In this document: positions 31,152 through 34,272 of the stretch, in pieces | How the letters are laid out: each line of letters opens with the position of its first letter | How positions within the stretch are numbered: the stretch's first letter is position 1 | Notes under the pieces: model-generated | Told to the model about the DNA's origin: nothing | Seen by the model: the letters and a program-made list of their open reading frames with translations, nothing else | Database searches by the model: none | Source of the DNA: Nemertoderma westbladi | Lineage: Eukaryota; Animalia; Xenacoelomorpha | Length of the DNA stretch: 34,272 nt | Direction: 5' to 3' | NCBI GenBank assembly: GCA_032718475.1 | Contig: JAUCBJ010000830.1 | Location: 1 to 34,272, forward strand | Made by a program: the position numbers and the translations under genes

Positions 31152-34100
31152 GTGTCAGGTCAGGTCCCAGATCCTGCTACCACTACTGTATGGCAGTAAT
31201 GTGGTACTACCTGTAGCTGTCAGCCCAGTAGGGCAGGCCCGATAAGCATAGCCTATTCATTATTTAGTTGATCAAGAGTGGGTTGGTTCAGCCCCGTCAA
31301 CTAAATAAGTCATTGAGGGCTATAGCGCCAAGGGCACCATTGAAGGCAAAGGCTTGATACGCATCTGCATTAGAGATGATACAAGCCCCGCCCTGTCTAT
31401 ACTGGATGCTCCTCTACCAGTGTTAGGTAACCTAACCCAGGAGGCACACTTGGTTCAGGGTGTAACAGATGGACCCCTACAGTCGGCAGCAGGGCTGTAG
31501 GCCATGGATAGGCGGAAGGTAATCAACCAACGGCTAGACATGCTGACAAGGTCGGTGGAAGGTAATCAACCAACGGCGACCTACTGCGAAGACGCTTGTA
31601 GGAGTTGCGACCACAAGCGGTTTACTCCCGCAACTGAAAGATATGAGTATGAGAACCCTCCAGGAGAAATACCAGCTCGGTCGTCGCCCGGGTCAACAAG
31701 GACCGCGTCCCTCAGTGGTACACCAGGCTGGGGTCGATAAATTGGCTACTGGAACAGAAGACAGAGAAGAAAGAAGAACCAACCTGTTGAAATGCAAAAA
31801 GACACTAAAGATTGCTACAATGAACGCACGCACGCTGAAAGCACAGAGCAAACAGGGTGACATGGTCGCTCTGGCAATGGAATATAACATCGACATCATC
31901 TGCATCCAAGAACATCGGATTTGTCATGAAGACACTGCCATGAAGTACAATGACATTGGAAATGGATGGACATTAGTAACAAGCTCAGCAGTAAGAAACT
32001 CGGCCAATGCATCAATTGGTGGAGTAGGAATTCTGCTAAGCCCATTTGCACTTAAGACCCTAAACAACATCGAATCTATAAATTCCAGGGTTATGATCGC
32101 AACATTTGATGGGAATCCCAAGACAACAGTTATATGTTGCTACAGTCCAACCAATGCATCAGAGCCAGAACAAGCAGTCAAGTTTTATGAAGAACTGACT
32201 GGACTTATTAAGGACATCCCGAAACACAATGTTAAAGTCATTTCTGGTGACCTGAATGCGCAAATTGGCCCAGAAGACATCAAGGGTTACACCTATAACA
32301 CCAGTTCTAACAGAAATGGGTACTTACTTTTAGACCTAATGGAAGAATGTGAATTGATACCAACAAACAACACATTCGAAAAGAGTAAGGGGAAGCTATG
32401 GACCTTTCAATACCCTAATGGAACCAAAGCACAACTGGATTACATCCTTATAAACAAAAAGTGGAGAAATAGCATGATCAACTGCGAGGCATACAGCTCG
32501 TTCAACCTAATTGGTTCGGACCACAGAATTGTGACTGCAGAGATCAGACTCAGTTTGAGAGCCAGCAAACCCAGGACAAGCAAGCAAATCAACTATGACT
32601 GGGAGAAACTCAGAACTGACAATGCTGTAAAGGATGCTTATACAGTAGAAGTTCAAAACCGCTTTGAAGCACTTCAGTCAATGGATGAAGACCAATCCAC
32701 CGATTCAATATACCAGAATATAATAACAGCCCACAAGGAATCAGCTAAGAGGCATATCCCCCAGAAACCTAAACGAAAACAGTATGTGCCATGGCAAAAC
32801 TCTGAGGTTACTTGTAAGAGAGAAGATCTTAAGATAGCCTACAAAGTTAAAACCGAACAACCAACAACCGAAAACATTAACAAGGTTGAGAAAGCTAAGG
32901 ACGATCTTAAATTGGCCTACAACATCAGCCAGGAAAAGTACATACAGGATAAAACTGAAGCAATTACAACTGCTCACATACAGCAACAATCAAGACTTAC
33001 CTGGCAAACTGTAAATGAGGTATCTGGTCGGAAAGGTTGTGCAAAGGGGCGCCTCAAAGCCGATAGTCCTGAAGAACGTGTTGGGAAGTGGAAAAATCAC
33101 TTCAGCAACTTGCTTGGGCAGCCACCAAACATCGAGGTCAGCCCTACAAGGAAAATATATGACAAGACACTACCTATAGAAACAGGGGACTTCACACCTG
33201 CCGAACTCCAAAGAAGCATTAAAAGCATGTCCAATAATAAAGCAAGTGGATTAGATGAAATCCCAGCGGAGGTATGGAAAACCGGAGTGCTAAATAGACC
33301 ATTATTGAATGTTTGCAACCGGATGTTAAAAGGGGAAAAGCCACCACCAATTTGGACTAAAGGTCAACTAAAGCCTCTCCCCAAGAAAGGAGACCTCGGC
33401 ATACCAACAAACTATCGTGGGATCTGTCTGCTTGTGGTAGCTGCCAAAATATACAATAAAATGATTCTATATAGGATTAGGCCTCACATAGAGAAACTAC
33501 TGCGTAAGAGCCAAAACGGATTTCGACCAAGTAGATCAACAATAGCTCAGATACTTGCACTACGGAGACTGATTGAAGGAATTAAGTCAAAGAATCTCCC
33601 CGCAGTCATGACTTTTGTGGACTTCAAGAAGGCATTCGACTCCATCCATAGAGGTAAAATGCTTGAAATCCTAAGAGCTTATGGAATACCAGAAGTAATT
33701 GTTGCTGGCATTGGATTGTTATATTGTGACACAGAAGCGCAGGTACTCTCACCAGATGGTGAAACTGAGTTTTTCTCAATCCTGGCTGGCGTACTGCAAG
33801 GTGACACATTAGCACCATTACTATTTGTAATTGTGCTGGATTACGCAATGAGGACGGCCACAAAGGGTGAAGATCTGGGATTCACACTTCAAGAACGCAG
33901 AAGTAGTAGATATCCGGCAACTACAGTCACAGACACCGACTTTGCGGATGACATCGCCCTGCTCTCCAATACGCTAGCAGATGCACAGCTTCTACTAAAT
34001 AAAGTGGAGAGGGCTGCTAAGGAGGTTGGATTGCATATAAATGCTACCAAGACCGAATTCATGACCTTTAATGTTGATGGAAACTTGACAACCATTGATA

Positions 34101-34272
34101 ATAATCAACTAAGGAAGGTCGATGACTTCCAGTACCTTGGATCATGGATAGAGAGTAGCAAAAAGGACATAGAAGTTAGGAAAGCAAAGGCTTGGGTAGC
34201 TCTATCAAAAATGGATACCATCTGGAAATCAGATCTCTCCAGGCACCTGAAGACTAAGTTCTTTCGAGCCAC
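31152..34272 (+). mobile_element. RTE-clade LINE, 5' end present, continuing beyond the window
   Basis: CR1 similarity ends abruptly; a ~490-bp structured 5'UTR precedes a single EN-RT ORF. Confidence 0.85.
31643..34272 (+). CDS. RTE endonuclease-reverse transcriptase ORF (absent from the ORF track, apparently because it has no stop in the window)
   Basis: Frame from ATG 31643: IATMNARTL, CIQEHR, GGVGIL, CYSPT, GDLNAQIG, QLDYIL, GSDH, NYRGICL, QNGFRPSRST, FVDFKKAFDSI, GVLQGDTLAP, DFADDIAL. Confidence 0.92.
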   Translation, partial: MSMRTLQEKYQLGRRPGQQGPRPSVVHQAGVDKLATGTEDREERRTNLLKCKKTLKIATMNARTLKAQSKQGDMVALAMEYNIDIICIQEHRICHEDTAMKYNDIGNGWTLVTSSAVRNSANASIGGVGILLSPFALKTLNNIESINSRVMIATFDGNPKTTVICCYSPTNASEPEQAVKFYEELTGLIKDIPKHNVKVISGDLNAQIGPEDIKGYTYNTSSNRNGYLLLDLMEECELIPTNNTFEKSKGKLWTFQYPNGTKAQLDYILINKKWRNSMINCEAYSSFNLIGSDHRIVTAEIRLSLRASKPRTSKQINYDWEKLRTDNAVKDAYTVEVQNRFEALQSMDEDQSTDSIYQNIITAHKESAKRHIPQKPKRKQYVPWQNSEVTCKREDLKIAYKVKTEQPTTENINKVEKAKDDLKLAYNISQEKYIQDKTEAITTAHIQQQSRLTWQTVNEVSGRKGCAKGRLKADSPEERVGKWKNHFSNLLGQPPNIEVSPTRKIYDKTLPIETGDFTPAELQRSIKSMSNNKASGLDEIPAEVWKTGVLNRPLLNVCNRMLKGEKPPPIWTKGQLKPLPKKGDLGIPTNYRGICLLVVAAKIYNKMILYRIRPHIEKLLRKSQNGFRPSRSTIAQILALRRLIEGIKSKNLPAVMTFVDFKKAFDSIHRGKMLEILRAYGIPEVIVAGIGLLYCDTEAQVLSPDGETEFFSILAGVLQGDTLAPLLFVIVLDYAMRTATKGEDLGFTLQERRSSRYPATTVTDTDFADDIALLSNTLADAQLLLNKVERAAKEVGLHINATKTEFMTFNVDGNLTTIDNNQLRKVDDFQYLGSWIESSKKDIEVRKAKAWVALSKMDTIWKSDLSRHLKTKFFRA

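Noticed and set aside
31158-31180. CAGGTCCCAGATCCTG as a twister P4/L4 core
   Set aside because: The loop deviates from UCCCAAGC, and the partner GAGGG and UAA elements are not correctly placed.
31693-34095. Short minus-strand ORFs over the RTE (and similar ones over the L2, hAT and Gag ORFs)
   Set aside because: Antisense shadows of long coding frames with no independent motifs.

Overview
Repeat-dense eukaryotic DNA, most likely from an invertebrate animal. I found no recognisable host gene, rRNA, tRNA or CRISPR array. From 1 to about 13 kb there is an unusual BEL/Pao-derived unit. It contains an intact minus-strand 1065-aa Gag-protease ORF whose RT, most of RNase H and integrase are missing, with the frame preserved. 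That ORF is followed by about 1 kb of strongly base-paired sequence and an intact orphan 259-aa ORF. It is preceded by a long leader full of tandem duplications and by a divergently oriented, decayed orphan ORF. From 13 to 34 kb there is a stack of nested transposons: a DINE/HINE-like element; a TA-flanked TIR element carrying a near-full-length L2 LINE; a second TIR element containing an internally deleted hAT (8-bp TSD), which in turn contains a foldback element; MITEs; Gypsy integrase and CR1 RT relics; and an apparently intact RTE LINE running off the right edge. TACAGTA, TACTGTA, TACCGGTA and TAGGCCTA motifs are abundant. Inside the CR1 relic, three TAC(A/T)GTA motifs behave exactly like Tc1/mariner excision footprints. 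Family calls come from motif recognition only; no searches or folding computations were run.
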